Part shown: positions 25,650-41,943 of the stretch, piece by piece
How positions within the stretch are numbered: the first letter of the stretch is position 1
Layout of the letters: the number at the start of each line of letters is the position of its first letter
Source: Octopus vulgaris
Lineage: Eukaryota
Assembly (NCBI GenBank): GCA_951406725.2
Contig: OX597835.1
Location: 40,114,001 to 40,178,000, forward strand
Direction of reading: 5' to 3'
DNA length: 64,000 bases
Translations under genes and position numbers: made by a program
Notes under the pieces: model-generated
Databases searched by the model: none
What the model was told of the DNA's origin: nothing
The model's input: only the letters and a program-made list of their open reading frames with translations

Positions 25650-26206
25650 CTGAACTTTAAAAGCCACGTGGTCGTTAGTGATGTGTGGGAGCTTGATGTT
25701 GGCATCTCGTTAGCCTCATTTCCTCCATCTCCAGATCCACCATATTCAACCAGGAAAATATTAGGGCCTCAGTTTTTGTTGAGTTTTGATTGTTTGCTTT
25801 AATTTCTAAAAAAAGCTTCAGAGGTCACTTGGTTAAGCAGGACTTGAGAAAGCAGGGATCATGTTTTTTGTTTCAGTGTTTTTGAGGTGTCTATGGTAGT
25901 TGTGGTTAGACATAAACACTCACTTGGCCCTCCCACGTTTGGTTCAATGGAACACTCAAGAGAGGAGAGTGAAGAGAAATGGGGTGAGAAATTGGGAGGG
26001 AAGGGGATGTAGAGAGGGGGGGAAAGAGGACGAGAAAGAGTGAGAGACAGGGCAGCACCAGTACTTGGTTGGTACTCACTTTCTGCTAAAAATGCTTTCT
26101 GGTCCGGAAATTAAACTAAGCAGCACCAAGGCCTCAACCTTCACATTCCACTGAGCTATAAGTAAATACCAGCTGCCTACTAGAAGAAAAAAAAAACAAA
26201 AAACCC

Positions 26207-26603
26207 AGGCACAGGAGTGGCAGTGTGGTAAGTAGCTTGCTTACCAACCACATGGTTCCGGGTTCAGTCCCACTGCATGGCATCTTGGGCAAGTGTCTTC
26301 TGCTATAGCCTCGGGCTGACCAAAGCCTTGTAAGTGGATTTGGTAGACGGAAACTGAAAGAAGCCTGTCGTATATATGTATATATATATATGTTTGTGTC
26401 TGTGTTTGTCCCCCTAGCATTGCTTGACAACCGATGCTGGTGTGTTTACGTCCCTGTCACTTAGCGGTTCAGCAAAAGAGATCGATAGAATAAGTACTGG
26501 GCCTACAAAGAGTAAGTCCCGGGGTCGATTTGCTCGACTAAAGGCGGTGCTCCAGCATGGCCGCAGTCAAATGACTGAAACAAGTAAATGAGTAAAAGAG
26601 AGT
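26207..26603 (+). mobile_element. SINE family 1
   Basis: Complete copy. Confidence 0.9.
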
Positions 26604-26994
26604 ATAGCTCACTCACTCCAGTTGTCACATCCTGGATATTCTACTGTGTTGAGGTGCGAACCGAGACAGTGTCCTATGTCGGCTAGAAATTATAGCGGTA
26701 CCTTACACAGTTAGTGAAACTATGACACGTTTCGAAGCCATAAGCCATCACAAGTGACAGCTGGTTGTACTTGAATTACTGCCAGGATATCACAAAAACT
26801 ACTAAAACATAGGAGATACTTCAGTTGCTGCTATGCTATATCAATAATTAAACACGGGATGTTTAAGCTGTCATATTTCCATTAGTAAACTAATTACTAA
26901 ATACAATCGGGGTGAATTATTGGCAGTCTATGAACAAAATCAGTCGCAGAATATTATTTTGCCAATCATTACACACACAAAAAAGAATTATATA

Positions 26995-29448
26995 TCTCTT
27001 ATGATAAAAGGCAGATTTTCTCTGCCTCCCAAACCGTTCGTTTTTTATACAATTGTACAATATAGAATTTCTTCAATTGGAATTTACCTATGATTTTTCC
27101 AAGTAGATTTCATTGGGTCAGGGCATGTAAAGATTTTTCAATTTCACCCCCAATTAAGCAAAAATTCGAGAAAAGTAAATATTTTACGATTTGCCTCTCT
27201 AATTTTAACTGCTTCACTCATGCTATCACCCTAATTTCTCCTACTTTCTCTTTGCAAGTGTTCCTTAAACCACTACTCAAAAAAATACACAGCAAACAGA
27301 AACAAATAAATACGTAACAATTTACTCCTCACACAATTTCTTCAATTAGAGTTTACCTATGATTTTTCCAAGTACATTCCATTCGGTCATGGCATACAAA
27401 TTTCTTTAAATTTGACCCCCCAATTAAGCAAAAATTCGAGAAAACTCAATATTTTACAATTTCCCTCTCTCACTTCAAAGGCTTTACTCTGCCTATTACT
27501 CCCACTTCCTCTTTACACACATAGACACGCAAACATATACATATATGACAATGTCAATTGTTGAAAGAAAATTGTAAGCTAAGGTGTTTGTGTGTGTGTG
27601 TGTGTGTGTTTGTGTGTGTGCGTGTGCATGTGTGTGTGTGTGTGTGTGACATCCTTTTTGCTAGAAGAAGATCCGCTATGGTCTTATATGCTACACCACT
27701 GGTTTTCAATTCATATTAATCAAATTAATATTCAATTTTTCACCCTTATTATGTGTGTGTGTATTAGCAATTCGTATAAAATTGCATCAATGACTTGAAC
27801 TTGAATAAGTGGTTTCACATAAATGGGGATAAATTAAAAAGGTTTGTTATTATTATTACTGTTTGACTATTGTAATCACGTTTGTTGGTTCCTCGCCAGG
27901 GAAACGTTGTTGTGTTGCATTTGTTAAATAATTGTAAACCGTAACCCTCCCCCTTTCGGTTATTGTTTCAAAATTGAATTGTGTCCCTGTTTGGGGAAAT
28001 TGACAATATTTTCACCGTCTTTACACATATATATATACACATATATACATGCATAATATATCTACCCATACACACACGCACACAAACACACACACACATA
28101 CATAGGGGCAGGTGTGGCTGTGTGGTAACAAACTATGTTTGAAGATACTGTACTTGATATGGGCGGTAGTGCCTTGCCGGTCTATGGCCTACCTTCAACA
28201 AACCGGGAAGGCACAAACACTCTGTCTTCATATTTGCTGCGTGAGACATGTTTTAATGTTGATGAGCTTGCCAAGAACATAGCCGACAATGAGCCAAAGC
28301 TCCTTCCAGAACACAAGTTCACTTACGACTCCGTTGTTAATTCAGTCCGGGCCAAAACTGGGAGGATTTTTTTCCTGGACGCTCCTGGGGGCACTGGGAA
28401 AACTTTTGTCAACAAATTAATATTGGCTGAGATTAGGTGAACACAAGGCATTGCCCTAGCTGTGGCATCATCTGGAATTGCGGCTACTTTGTTGCCAGGC
28501 GGCAGGACAGCTCACTCCACTTTTAAGCTTCCGCTTGACTTAGCAAAGACTGAGACACCAACTTGCAACATCAGTAACAGCTCCGATCAGGCAGAAGTCT
28601 TCAGACGATGCAAGCTTATTGTTTGGGATGAATGTATGATGGCCCACAGAGGTGCTCTTGAGGCACTAGATAGATCTCTCAAAGACATCAAACACTCTTC
28701 AGCTCCCATGGGAGGCATAACACTTCTTTCAGGGGACTTCCGACAAACACTTCCCGTTATTCCCAAAGGGACTACAGCTGATGCAGTAAGTGCGTGTCTT
28801 AAGTCATCCACATTGTGGCCACTGGTGAAGACTCTCAAACTTCACACCAATATGCATGCTCATATGCGACGTGATATCACATCAGCAGCATTTTCTCACA
28901 CCCTCCTTGCACTTGGCGAAGGCAAAATACCAGGGGATGAAAATGGTAATATTGCCATCGACTACATTTGTACCATTGTTAAAACGCCTTCTGATCTCAG
29001 AGATGCAGTGTTCCCAGATCTACAAGCTAATTATCAGAATATGGATTGGATTGGCCAAAGGGCTATTCTGGCCCTGAGGAATAAAACTGTTCACCATATT
29101 AATGATGAAATGCTAAAATTCATTCCTGGGGATGTCTATGTATATAAGTCTATCGATACAACTCCTGACCCAGAGGACGTCATCAACTATCCAATAGAGG
29201 TACTCAATTCCTTTCAGCCCCCCGGACTACCACCACACATTCCCAAACTTAAAGTTGGTGCCCCTATAATGCTCATTAGAAATTTGGTTCCCCCAAAACA
29301 ATGCAATAGCACACGTTTGATCGTTAAGTCCTTATCTCTCACCGTAAACTTGTATCAATATTTGCCTGAATAATCATCATAATTCAGTGCAATCATTAAC
29401 AGTACTTTCAAGCAATTCAGCCCCGAGCATCGCCGGGCAATTCTGCTA

Positions 29449-29449
<1 letters not shown>
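26995..29449 (+). mobile_element. Internally deleted Helitron, about 2.45 kb
   Basis: A|TCTCTTATGATAAAAG 5' end; 3' GC hairpin cccgagcatcgccggg then CTAG|T; no TSD; carries a PIF1 helicase fragment. Confidence 0.85.
28135..29373 (+). pseudogene. Helitron RepHel PIF1-family helicase fragment
   Basis: FFLDAPGGTGKT (Walker A), VASSGIAATLLPGGRTAHS, IVWDEC, GDFRQTLPV, GLPPH..KLKVGAPIMLIRNL. One in-frame TGA at 28438; lacks the HUH Rep domain and helicase motifs V-VI. Confidence 0.92.
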
Positions 29450-29483
<34 letters not shown>

Positions 29484-29503
29484 CATACACATACATAGAT
29501 ATA

Positions 29504-29550
<47 letters not shown>

Positions 29551-31268
29551 ATAATAATATTAGGGAATAAATCCAAACTTACAGGGAAAAATTAAATTTA
29601 GGATTAAATCCAATTTTATAGTATAAATATATTATATTATATCATATTAAATTAGAGATAAAACCACTATTAGGCAAATCAAACAGTGAAAAACATAAGC
29701 CAATACATAAAATTAATTTAAAAATATAAAAGTTAAAAATTAAAAAATTACTTAAATAATTTAAACTTATAAATTATAAATATATACATATACAAATGTA
29801 TATATATATATATATATATATGCCTCTTTTTGTTTGTCCCCGTCACTTAGCGGTACAGCAAAAGAGACTGATAGAATAAGTACTGGGCTTACAAAGAATA
29901 AATCCCGGGGTCGATTTGCTCGACTAAAGGCGGTGCTCCAGCATGGCCGCAGTCAAATGACAAACAAGTAAAAGAGTAAAGAGTATATATGTATGTATAT
30001 TTATATATTTATATTTATATATTATTTTATTTATTAATTAATTAATTTATTAATTTTTTATATAAATATCAAAAGTATTAAAAGTTTAATAAAAGATAAA
30101 GAGTAAAACACTACGATCGTTTCATGGCTGTACCAATTCGAATAACAATAATTTAAATTCAATTAATAATTCGAGTTATGGTTACAGTCAATCTCCAGGT
30201 TAATTGAAATATTTTTAAAATAATCAGAAATATTTAAACAATATTTTTAAGATATAAATAATATAATAATTTTACTTATAATAAACTCTATTATCAAACT
30301 AGAAACTTAAAACTTAACAATTATGATTATATCAAAATCGATTATAAAGTTAAAAATTAATTTTAATTTATAAGGTAATAAACCCACCAATAATCTAATA
30401 TCGGTAATAGTCAATTATATTACATAAATATAAAAAAAAAAAAAATGGCTATTATATATAAATTATCAATGAAAATATATAAATGTATATAAATATTATA
30501 ATTAAGATCTAAAATAATCTCTATAAATAAATATATATGCACATATAATAAAGACCTAATAAATTAATATTTCATATTTAAAGATGAAATAGCTAATTTC
30601 AAAAATACAAACAAACAAACTTAAACGAACTTTCGGAAATCTTATTTAAAATACTTATAGAAATAATCAATTCGTAGTTATATAATATCGAATAAATACT
30701 ATAAATACTATAAATATATTTATCAATGGGAAAATACTAGCGAATATCAATTTAAAAAGACAATAACTAAGTTATGCTATTAAGTTAGACATGGCCTACA
30801 CCAATCTTTGGTCGAAACATATATATATATATACATATATACGACGGGCTTCTTTCAGTTTCCGTCTACCAAATCCACTCACAAGGCTTTGGTTGGCCCG
30901 AGGCTACAGGAGAAGACACTTGCCCAATTTGCCACGCAGTGGGACTGAACCCGGAACCATGTGGCTGGTAAACAAGCTACTTACCACACAGCCACTCCTG
31001 CGCCTATTTTATTCATTTATCCAACGCTTTTTGTTTTGTTTTTTTTTTTTGCCAGCTCTTCAAAACACCAAGTCGTCTTCAGTCAATTCTCTTCTCACCA
31101 AATTATGTCACACACATGTTAGCAGTCAATTTTCTTAATGCGGCCGGCCATTCACAAAGTTACTACAACAAACGCTAATTCGGAAATGTCAAATCTTGTT
31201 AAAAACCTTAACGCCTTAATTAGCAAGGAAATGTGTCTCTGTGTGTGTGTGTGTGTGTACACACAACC

Positions 31269-31317
<49 letters not shown>

Positions 31318-31775
31318 ACACTCACTCATCTATAATATATATACACACACACACATTCATCTATAATATATGTATATACACACACACACATTCATCTATA
31401 ATATATGTATATACACACACACACATTCATCTATAATATATGTATATACACACACACACACACACACATACACACACACCTATAATATATGTATATATAC
31501 ACACACAGACAGACACACACACACACCCATAATATATACATATATATATATACATACATACACACACACACATAACTACAATGAAACAGAACATTGCAGA
31601 TAGTTTCGAGGCAAGACATGCTTAAATGTCACTAAAACCCACTAAGAGAGTTCGCAGAAGTTCTAATCGGACACGAGGGAACCTCTGCCTACATTTGTCA
31701 TTTCACACTGCTAGAAATAGTCACCAAATCTTCCTCACAATATTATAGCCATACCCATTTAAAACACAGGATACA

Positions 31776-32185
31776 CTCTCTTTACTCTTTACTCTTTTAC
31801 TTGTTTCAGTCATTTGACTGCGGCCATGCTGGAGCACCGCCTTTAGTCGAGCAAATCGACCGCGGGACTTATTCTTTGTAAGCTCAGTACTTATTCTATC
31901 GGTCTCTTTTGCCGAACTGCTAAGTGACGGGGACGTAAACACACCAGCACCGGTTGTCAAGCAATGCTAGGGGGACAAACACAGACACACAAACACACAC
32001 ACATACATATATATATATACATATATACGACAGGCTTCTTTCAGTTTCCGTCTACCAAATCCACTCACAAGGCTTTGGTCGGCCCGAGGCTATAGTAGAA
32101 TACACTTGCCCAAGATGCCATGCAGTGGGACTGAACCCAGAACCATGTGGTTGGTAAGCAAGCTACTTACCACACAGCCACTCCA
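31776..32185 (-). mobile_element. SINE family 1
   Basis: Reverse copy. Confidence 0.9.
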
Positions 32186-34654
32186 AAAAACAAAAAAAAA
32201 AATGAAACACAGTACGGGGTCAAAGTTGGAATACCTTTGATGAGGACCGGACCTAGAGTCAAATAACAACAGCAACAACCGACCCAATGAAACATGACAA
32301 AGTGAACCTATTTTCTAGGACAAACTACACAGCTTATATCTTACTGTCTTGCGACTGCTTTGCTCTAATACAAAACTGTTTCAGTTTTTTTTTGAGGGTT
32401 TTTGTTTGTGTGCTTGTTTTTTTATACTGATACTACTACAACTAATATTGCTGCTGCTATGAACTGCTGTAGTAATGGTATTGGTGGTATTAGTAATAGT
32501 AGTAGTAGTAGTAGTGATACTAAAACAAACTACTATTGTAGTAGTATTAACTGACAGTGGTGATGGTATAACTGCTGCTGCAGCTAGAAGCAATGACAAT
32601 GGTAGTGGTGGTGGTGGTGGCTAGGGCGGTGGCAGTGGTGGTGGCGATGGTAGCGTTGACAGTGGGAGTGGTGGCACTGGCAGTGATAATAGTGGTATGA
32701 ATGTTGCTGCTTCTTTCACTAACTAGTATTGGAGGGGGGGGGGGGTTGTAGCCATGACATTTGCCAGGGCCTCCAGAGGAAGAAGCAATACCGATGGCCT
32801 TACACAGGATCTCTTTTGCTGAACCGCTAAGTTTACAAGGACATAAACACACCAGCTTTGGTTGTCAAGTGATGTTGGAGGGACAGACACACAAACATAC
32901 ACACACACACATAGGGGCAGTGTGAGGTCAAGTGTACTACACCTGTAGTACCAGCTGACATAGATGTGCCCAGTGCTCAGTACGCAGAATCCTAAACACT
33001 TTGGACAAAATGCTAAGAGGCTTTCCTTCCAGTTCTTTACCCCACCAAGGTCAACTTTACTTTTCATCTCTTGAACCCTGCAATGGACCCGGTGTCCCAT
33101 TCGGAAAGTATGTTGTGATTTTGGTTACTTATATGCCATGGCGAGCCACAGACACGTTAGCGCGCCAGGCGAAATGCTTAGCGAGGTCGAATTTGCCTTT
33201 CATCCTTTCGGAGTCGATAAATAAAGTACCAGTTTCGCACTGTTTCCAGACTTCTGTGGAAAATGTGTCTGGTAGTCATGGCAAAATATTACCTTACTTG
33301 GAATCAGGTAGGGGTTGGTGACAGGAAAGGCATCCAACAGTAGAAAATCTGCCCCCAAAAATGCTGACTTATGCAAGCATGGAAAAGAGGACATTAATTG
33401 ATGATGATGTTTAGCCAAGCATAGTTGTGATCAAAGGTGTTCCGGTCTGTGAGCAGATATGAACAAGAATAAACTATCAAATTACATTTAAATACCATCA
33501 ATGACAGCTGAAGTAATTAAACAAATATTCTTTTAAGCCACTCATAAACTGACAATACAGGAGTAACACTCAATGACAATACAGTCTTAAAATAATGATG
33601 TTAAGATGTCATTATGTATTTAAATAGCTGAAATAAAAAAGGAAAAAAAAAACTCTTTCCTTCTACCCACCACTCTCCTTAAATAAGTCAAAACTGACTA
33701 ACCTGTGAGTTCAGCCACCTACTCTGAAGATACAAAATAGAAAGTTGAAGACAGAGGGAGAGAATGGGGTCATCCACTGAGAACCAATTACATTCATCAA
33801 GCAACTAAACTAACCAATGATCACTCAACCTGCTGAAAATAGCAGTTAAAATTCTCACAAATAACACAATAACATTTCAACTAAAGACTTTATCAAACAA
33901 TATACTTCCTAATATATAAACGATGGAAATGCCTTTCATTATAGTCTTGTGTGACTTCAACTGAAGTAACAAAGTTTACTTTAAGTGGACGAGGGAAGCC
34001 CATTGCATGGAAACTTGATTTACGAAGTATAGGAGCCAAATATTTTCTCAAAACACCCCCACACTCATAAATTAGGAAAAGACACATTAGGAAAAGACAC
34101 ATTGGAAAATTAATGAATGAATGCATGTATGCATCTGTGTATGTATGTGTGTGTGTGTGTGTGTGTGTACATAAATACACACACAAGATGACATGCTTCA
34201 GCAGTATGAAGAGAAACTTCTAAAATGACTGAGGTCCAATTCACAACTTACAACCTTAGTCTGTCTCTCTCTCTCTCTCTCACTCTCATACACACACAGA
34301 GTGAGTAATCACTTTTTCGGCACTCAGATAGTGATAAGTTAATGCTGAGTATACATTTTTATGTAAAATGTACATGCCCCAGCATGGCCGCAACCTCAAG
34401 GCTGAAACATAAAAGGATATATAATTTTGGGAATTGAAATTAATAATACTACAAGGAGAAGATTACAAAATGGCTGTGATCCTTTTTTTTTACTTTTTGT
34501 CTCAGTCATTTGACTGTGACCATGCTGGAGCACCGCCTTTAGTCGAGCAAATCGACCCCAGGACTTATTCTTTGTAAGCCTAGTACTTATCCTATCGGTG
34601 TCTTTTGCCAAACCGCTAAGTTACGGGGACATAAACGCATCAACATCAGTTGTC

Positions 34655-35430
34655 ATATACACACATAGACACGCACACAGACACATAAGCATATAGACCT
34701 GTACACATATAGACCGGCACACATATAGACACGCACACATATAGACCCGCACACACAGACACGAACACACATAGACATGAATACACAGACACGAATACAC
34801 ATAGACACGAACACAGACACGTACACACATAGACATGTACACACATAGACACGCACACACAGACATGCACACATAGACACGCACACACAGACACGAATAC
34901 ACATTGACACGAACACAGACACGTACACACATAGACATGTACACACATAGACACGCACACACAGACACGAATACACATTGACACGAACACAGACACGTAC
35001 ACACATAGACATGTACACACATAGACACGCACACACAGACATGCACACACATAGACACGCACACACAGACACGAATACACATTGACACGAACACAGACAC
35101 GTACACACATAGACATGTACACACATAGACACGCACACACAGACACACACACACACAGACATGCACACACATAGACATGCACACACAGACACGAATACAC
35201 ATTGACACGAACACACAGACACGTACACACATAGACACGTGCACACATAGACCCGCACACACAGACCGCACAAAGATGCGCACACAGACGTGCACACATA
35301 GACGTGCACATAGACATGCACACACATAGACCCGCACACATATAGACCCAGACACGTACACATACAGACATGAACACATACACACACATATATGCACACT
35401 ATATTTATACACACACACCACATACACAAA
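34655..35430. repeat. Cryptic AC-rich minisatellite built from 16-18 bp units such as acacatagacacgc / acacagacacgaat
   Basis: Repeating blocks such as gacacgaatacacattgacacgaacacagacacgtacacacatagacatgtacacacata. Confidence 0.9.
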
Positions 35431-36015
35431 GTATGTCTACTGTAATGACTCACAGAAACACACTCAGTGAACAGAATGTCTGCTTGTTTATATAATGGCA
35501 GAAATATGTGGAGGAAAAAAATAATCCTGGTTTTATTCAATAACTTGAATAAAACGAGAAACACTTATCTACAAATATTTTCCCTGAATTCTTCAAATTC
35601 TAACAGGTTGAAAGACCAGGTAGACACCCCCACCTGCTTATTGTTTAGCACACCTATGATCAAAGCAAGCCAGATGTGACCACCCTGTATTTGTAGACTA
35701 GTGTAATATTAGTTACATTAAACCAGGGACAAATGCATCCCCTTGCTTTTACAGGCTGGTAATGTGTAACTGAAGGATAATTTAGGCTTCCATTTCTAGC
35801 AAGTCAAGCAACCATGCAGAGGCTCCCTTTTTCTATACTTAGTGATCTTCGATTGTAGCAATTAAATTTTCATATCATTCTTCTCAATTATCACGTTTCA
35901 AAAGGTAACACCATTCTCTTGAGATGATTTTTGAAATTATCTTGAGGGGAAGAGAAATGTTAACACCAATCCCAGAAATCATATCAATTCTTTCATATAT
36001 ATATATATAGGCGCA

Positions 36016-36991
<976 letters not shown>

Positions 36992-37084
36992 TATATATGC
37001 ACATACACACACACATACATACACACACACAGGCATTCTATCAGACACTCTAATGTTCTAATATATATATCTGTATACACTGTG

Positions 37085-37198
37085 CAATGGACGGTTTTGA
37101 ATGACCATAGAAAGTGTGAGCCCTCTAACTGAAAAATTGTGGATTTGTATAAAGGACACACACACACACACATTTTGCCGTTTATATATATAGAGAGA
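37085..37198 (-). mobile_element. 5' fragment of the small non-autonomous Helitron family
   Basis: Matches 52100-52210 and 56095-56221. Confidence 0.75.
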
Positions 37199-38105
37199 TT
37201 ACAGTCTGCAGGATATTTTTGCATTATCTATGGATTAAATAGGTAATATATAATACACACACATATATAAAATTATAAAACTATGAATTGTGCAGATAAA
37301 ACACAATAAAGTGCATGATTCCCCCAGTCCACAATGCAAAAAAAAACCGGTTAGGGGACTATTGATTTGCACTGTATCCAGGACCTGACTACAATTTTCA
37401 ACATTGCATCTTTTTCCCTTTTTCTCCCTAGGATAATACAGTGCGATTTGAGGGAAATTTGGCTGCTATTTTTACCAGATCAAATTAGCAAACCACATAC
37501 AGGCTTCCTTCACTTGGACTAGTGTACATGTGTGTGTGTGTGGCAATAAGAAAAGGGCATTAGGGAGAGAGAGAGAGAAAGAGAGATTTATGTCTGAGAG
37601 GTTAGCAAGCCAACTCATCACTCATTTTCACAGAACACATGGAAACATCATCAGCAGTCATGGTGTCACATCCAAAACTACTTTCACACACACACACACA
37701 CACACCCTTCAGAATCCTCCCTCCTCAATCCAACCACCACCGCCACCATCACTATTACTAGTTATTGAATCATGTCTAAAAATAGAATATAAACTTTTTC
37801 TACCTTAAGGAGTTTGAAAATCATCTTCCAACCACATCTGTTATTGTTTGGGTCGGGGGGGGGGGGGGGGAGGGATGCAGAGAGGTGAGGGGGCCCCTTT
37901 TCCTTGCAGTCCTTTCACATACCCCTTTTAGTTTTCTTTAAAAACAAATGCCAACACCATCCACCACATAACAGACACAGCTCCCTAATCCCTTTATATA
38001 CTTCTAGTTGAGTCTGGATCCTGGGAGCCTCTAAAAACATTGGTTCTCAACGGAGTCAGGGTCCCTGTGAGATTTTCTTGTTGAAATCTATCTGCAATAA
38101 ACAGG

Positions 38106-38510
38106 GGATCTTTTCGGTTTGAACAGCAGTTTTTAACATAATTTCTAGGTAACTAAACACTTTTAAACTTCGTATACTGGTAGAATGTGTTTATAAAACA
38201 TCTTTTTCTCTTGGCTTTATTGAGAAAATTCTATAGTTTGTAAGATATTTGTTGTTTTTTTTCTTCAATTTCAACCAATCAGTGACGTCTATTGAGTTAA
38301 AAAGCATTCTGTGCCGTATGAATATGTCCCTCATTTAAGAAACAGATTGGGTTTATTTACATTTGTGAAGAAAAAAAGATACCCTTCCACCACCCCTAAC
38401 CCTAACCTTAAAACAGATTGAAATGCAATAGATCGATACTAGGGTCATAATTATGGGTGACAATTTCATGACACCACTAGAAAAAACTGCCCTTCAAACC
38501 GAAGAGATCC
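38106..38510. mobile_element. Unclassified TIR MITE with internal CCCTAA motifs
   Basis: About 29-bp TIRs ggatcttttcggtttgaacagcagttttt / aaaaactgcccttcaaaccgaagagatcc; internal cccctaaccctaaccttaa. Confidence 0.7.
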
Positions 38511-39843
38511 TAGACCGGTTATACTTCTGCAATACACAGTATTGGTACAGGTGTAGCTGCATGGTAAGAAGCTCACTCTCCAACCACGTGGTTCCGGGTT
38601 CAGTTCCACTGCATGGTACCTTGAGTAAATATCTTTTACTGTAGCCTCAGGCTGACCAAAGCCTCATGAGTGGATTTGGTAGACAGAAACTGAAAGAAGC
38701 CTGCTGTATGTATGTGTGTGTGTGTGTGTGTGTCCTCCCGTCACCGCTTGACAACCGGTCTTGGTATGTTTATGTCCCTGTGACTTAGCAGTGCAGCATA
38801 AGAGACCAAAATAGAATAAGTACTAGGCTTAAAATAATAAGTCCTGGGGTTGATTTGTTCAACTAAAAGCCTTCAAGGCAAGTGCTCCAGCATGGCTGTA
38901 GTCAAAAGACTGAAACAAGTAAAACACACACACACACACACACACAATATATTTAGACCTTTTTTAAAATACAAATCATAATACTTAATTATGAAAATAT
39001 AATAGTTTTTAGACATCAAATGGCTAACAGTCACACCCTGCTGCCTTTAACTCGTTAGCATTCAGATTATCAAATGTATTCCTTATTTATTCACGTTGTT
39101 CTGAATTAATTATGCAGAATCTCATAGCTCCAAGACTTTGATGATGTATCCGATCGTGGCCGTTTGCCGCCGTTTGCCAGCCTCGTCTGGCACCTGTGCA
39201 GGTGGCACGTAAAAAGTACCCACTACACTCACGGAATAGTTGGCGTTAGGAAGGGCATCCAGCTGTAGAAACACTGCCAGATAAGACTGGGCCTGGCGCA
39301 GCCTTCTGGCTTCCCAGACCCCAGTTGAACCATCCAACCCATGCTAGCATGGAAAACGGATGTTAAATGATGATGATGATGATTGCTTTGTGTTTTCTAG
39401 ACTGACATTGGGTATGTAGGATAGTCCAGATATGACCACTTTGAGCATAAAACAGGTAGAATATGCAGGCCAGACAAGACCAGTTTAAATGCTAAAGTGT
39501 TATGGTTAAAAAAAAAGAGAGAGACAGTAGACAATGGAGCTCAATAAGCCTAGTACTTATTCTATCAGTCTCTTTTGCTGAACTGCTAGGTTACAGGGAC
39601 ATAAACACACCAGCATCAGTTACCAATTGAATGGGGGGGGGTGAACAAACACAGACACACAAATATATATATATAGAGAGAGAGAGGAAAGAGAGAACAG
39701 GTGAGATATGTACATACACAAAAGGTGTCAGGTAATGCTAAGTGCTATGGATAGACCATGGTTATAATCCAGGTTCGCTAATGATACAAATGAGGAGTCC
39801 AACATGCATCAAGTATTAGCATGTATATATATATATATATACA

Positions 39844-40261
39844 TAGGCGCAGGAGTGGCTGTGTGGTAAGTAACTTGCTAACCAGCCACATGGTTCCGTG
39901 TTCAGTCCCACTGCGTGGCATCTTGGGCAAGTGTCTTCTACTATAGTCTTGGGCCGACCAAAGCCTTATGAGTGAATTTGGTAGACGAAAACTGAAAAAA
40001 GCCTGTCGTATATATGTGTGTGTGTATATATATATATATGTATGTGTGTGTATGTGTGTCTGTGCTTGTCTCCCTAGCATTGCTTGACAACCGATGCTGG
40101 TGTGTTTACGTCCCTGTCGCTTAGCGGTTCGGCAAAAGAGACTGATAGAATAAGTACTGGGCTTACAAAGAATAAGTCCCAGGGTCGATCTGCTCGACTA
40201 AAAGGCGGTGCTCCAGCATGGCCGCAGTCAAATGACTGAAACAAGTAAAAGAGTAAAGAGT
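39844..40261 (+). mobile_element. SINE family 1
   Basis: Complete copy. Confidence 0.9.
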
Positions 40262-41078
40262 ATATATAAATTGACAGAATGAGATAAAAAATCCAAGACT
40301 GTAAATAGTTTTCAAAACACTTATAAATGTTCTGAAAACTATATATATATATAATCAATTAACCCAAATATGCATATACGCCACATTAAGTAGTAACCTA
40401 ATTTTCCTATTGTCACTAATAGATAAACAAAAATGTCACACACACACACAAACACAAAGCTAATTCAGTACAGTAGTTTCTTAATCCTATTTTCTTTTCC
40501 TATCCCACCCAGCAATTGTCTCCTTCTTAGATACTTGCGATCTAGTGACACCAATGTTAAATTTTAGACACAGTTGTGTGCTAAGAACTTTGCTTCACAA
40601 CCATATGGTTCCAACTTCAGTCCCACTGCGTAGCACCTTAGTTAAGTGTGTTCTACTATAGCCTCAGGTGATCAAAGCCCTGTCAAAGGACTTGGTGGAT
40701 GGAAACTGAAAGAAGCCAGTTTTATTTATATATATATATATATATCGTTTAACGTCCGTTTTCCATGCTAGCATGGGTTTGACCGGGGTCTGGGAAGCCA
40801 GGAGGCTGCACCAGGCTCCGGTCTGATCTGGCAGTGTTTCTACAGCTGGATGCCCTTCCTAACACCAACCAGTCCGTGAATGTAGTGGGTGCTTTTTACG
40901 TGCCACCAACACAGGTGCCAGGCGATGCTGACAACGGCCACGATCGGTTGGTGCTTTTTACGTGCCACCAGCACGGAAAGCAGTCAAGGCAGCGCTGGCA
41001 TCGGCCACGTTCGGATGGTACTTTTACATGCCACTGGCACAGGTATTACAACTACAATTTCCATTTGATTTTTGATGT

Positions 41079-41120
<42 letters not shown>

Positions 41121-41598
41121 CGGAGACCCCCTTCAGTCATAACTGACCATGGGATTGCACCTAGAAAGTTACCCTCCCAGGCACAAGTCCAGTCAAGGTT
41201 GTTTATGGAAGACCAGCGGTCGCCCATGCATACCGGCCTCCCCTCTCCACACCACCAGTGTTATCCAAGGGAAAGGCCGAAACAGCTTGGCACCTGTGAC
41301 GTCGCAACTCATTTTTACAGCTGATTGAACTGGAGCAACGTGAAATAAAGTGTCTTGCTCAAGAACACAACATGCAGCTCGGTCCAGGATTCGAACTCAC
41401 AACCTCACAATTGTAAGCTCGACGCTCTAACCACTGAGCCATGTACCTTCACACACACACACACACACACACTTATATATATATTTATTACAGTAATATC
41501 AGTGACTGCTAGACTGAGGGAATTTCTCTCCATGGTAACTGCTGTGAATTTGCCTTTGGCAGTTGAAATATGTCACAAATTTTAAGTAACCTAAAGTT

Positions 41599-41632
<34 letters not shown>

Positions 41633-41943
41633 CTCCAACACTGCTTCACAACCAGTAGTGGTGTGTTATGTCCTCATAATTTAGCAGGTCAATGAATGAG
41701 ACAGCATAAGTACTGGGTTAATTCATTCAACTAAAACCCTTGAAGGTGGTCACCCAGCACGGCTGCAGCCTAATGACCGAAACAAAATAAAAGCTAAATT
41801 TCTAAAGAAGGCTAGGACTTATATAGTGAAATTATTGTGGGACTGAACTCACAACCAAGTGGCTGCAAAGCAAGCGTGCTAACCACACAGCCAAGTTTGC
41901 GCCTATGAGAAAAAGACCAAAAAAAAAAAGGATTGTACGATAA

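Noticed and set aside
28135-29373. Host PIF1 gene or bacterial contamination
   Set aside because: Intronless, truncated, has a stop, and sits within Helitron TC/hairpin-CTAG termini.
29560-30810. Extremely AT-rich block as a mitochondrial control-region insertion
   Set aside because: No mitochondrial gene or tRNA similarity seen; the hammerhead-like motif at 30108 points to a Penelope-like relic.
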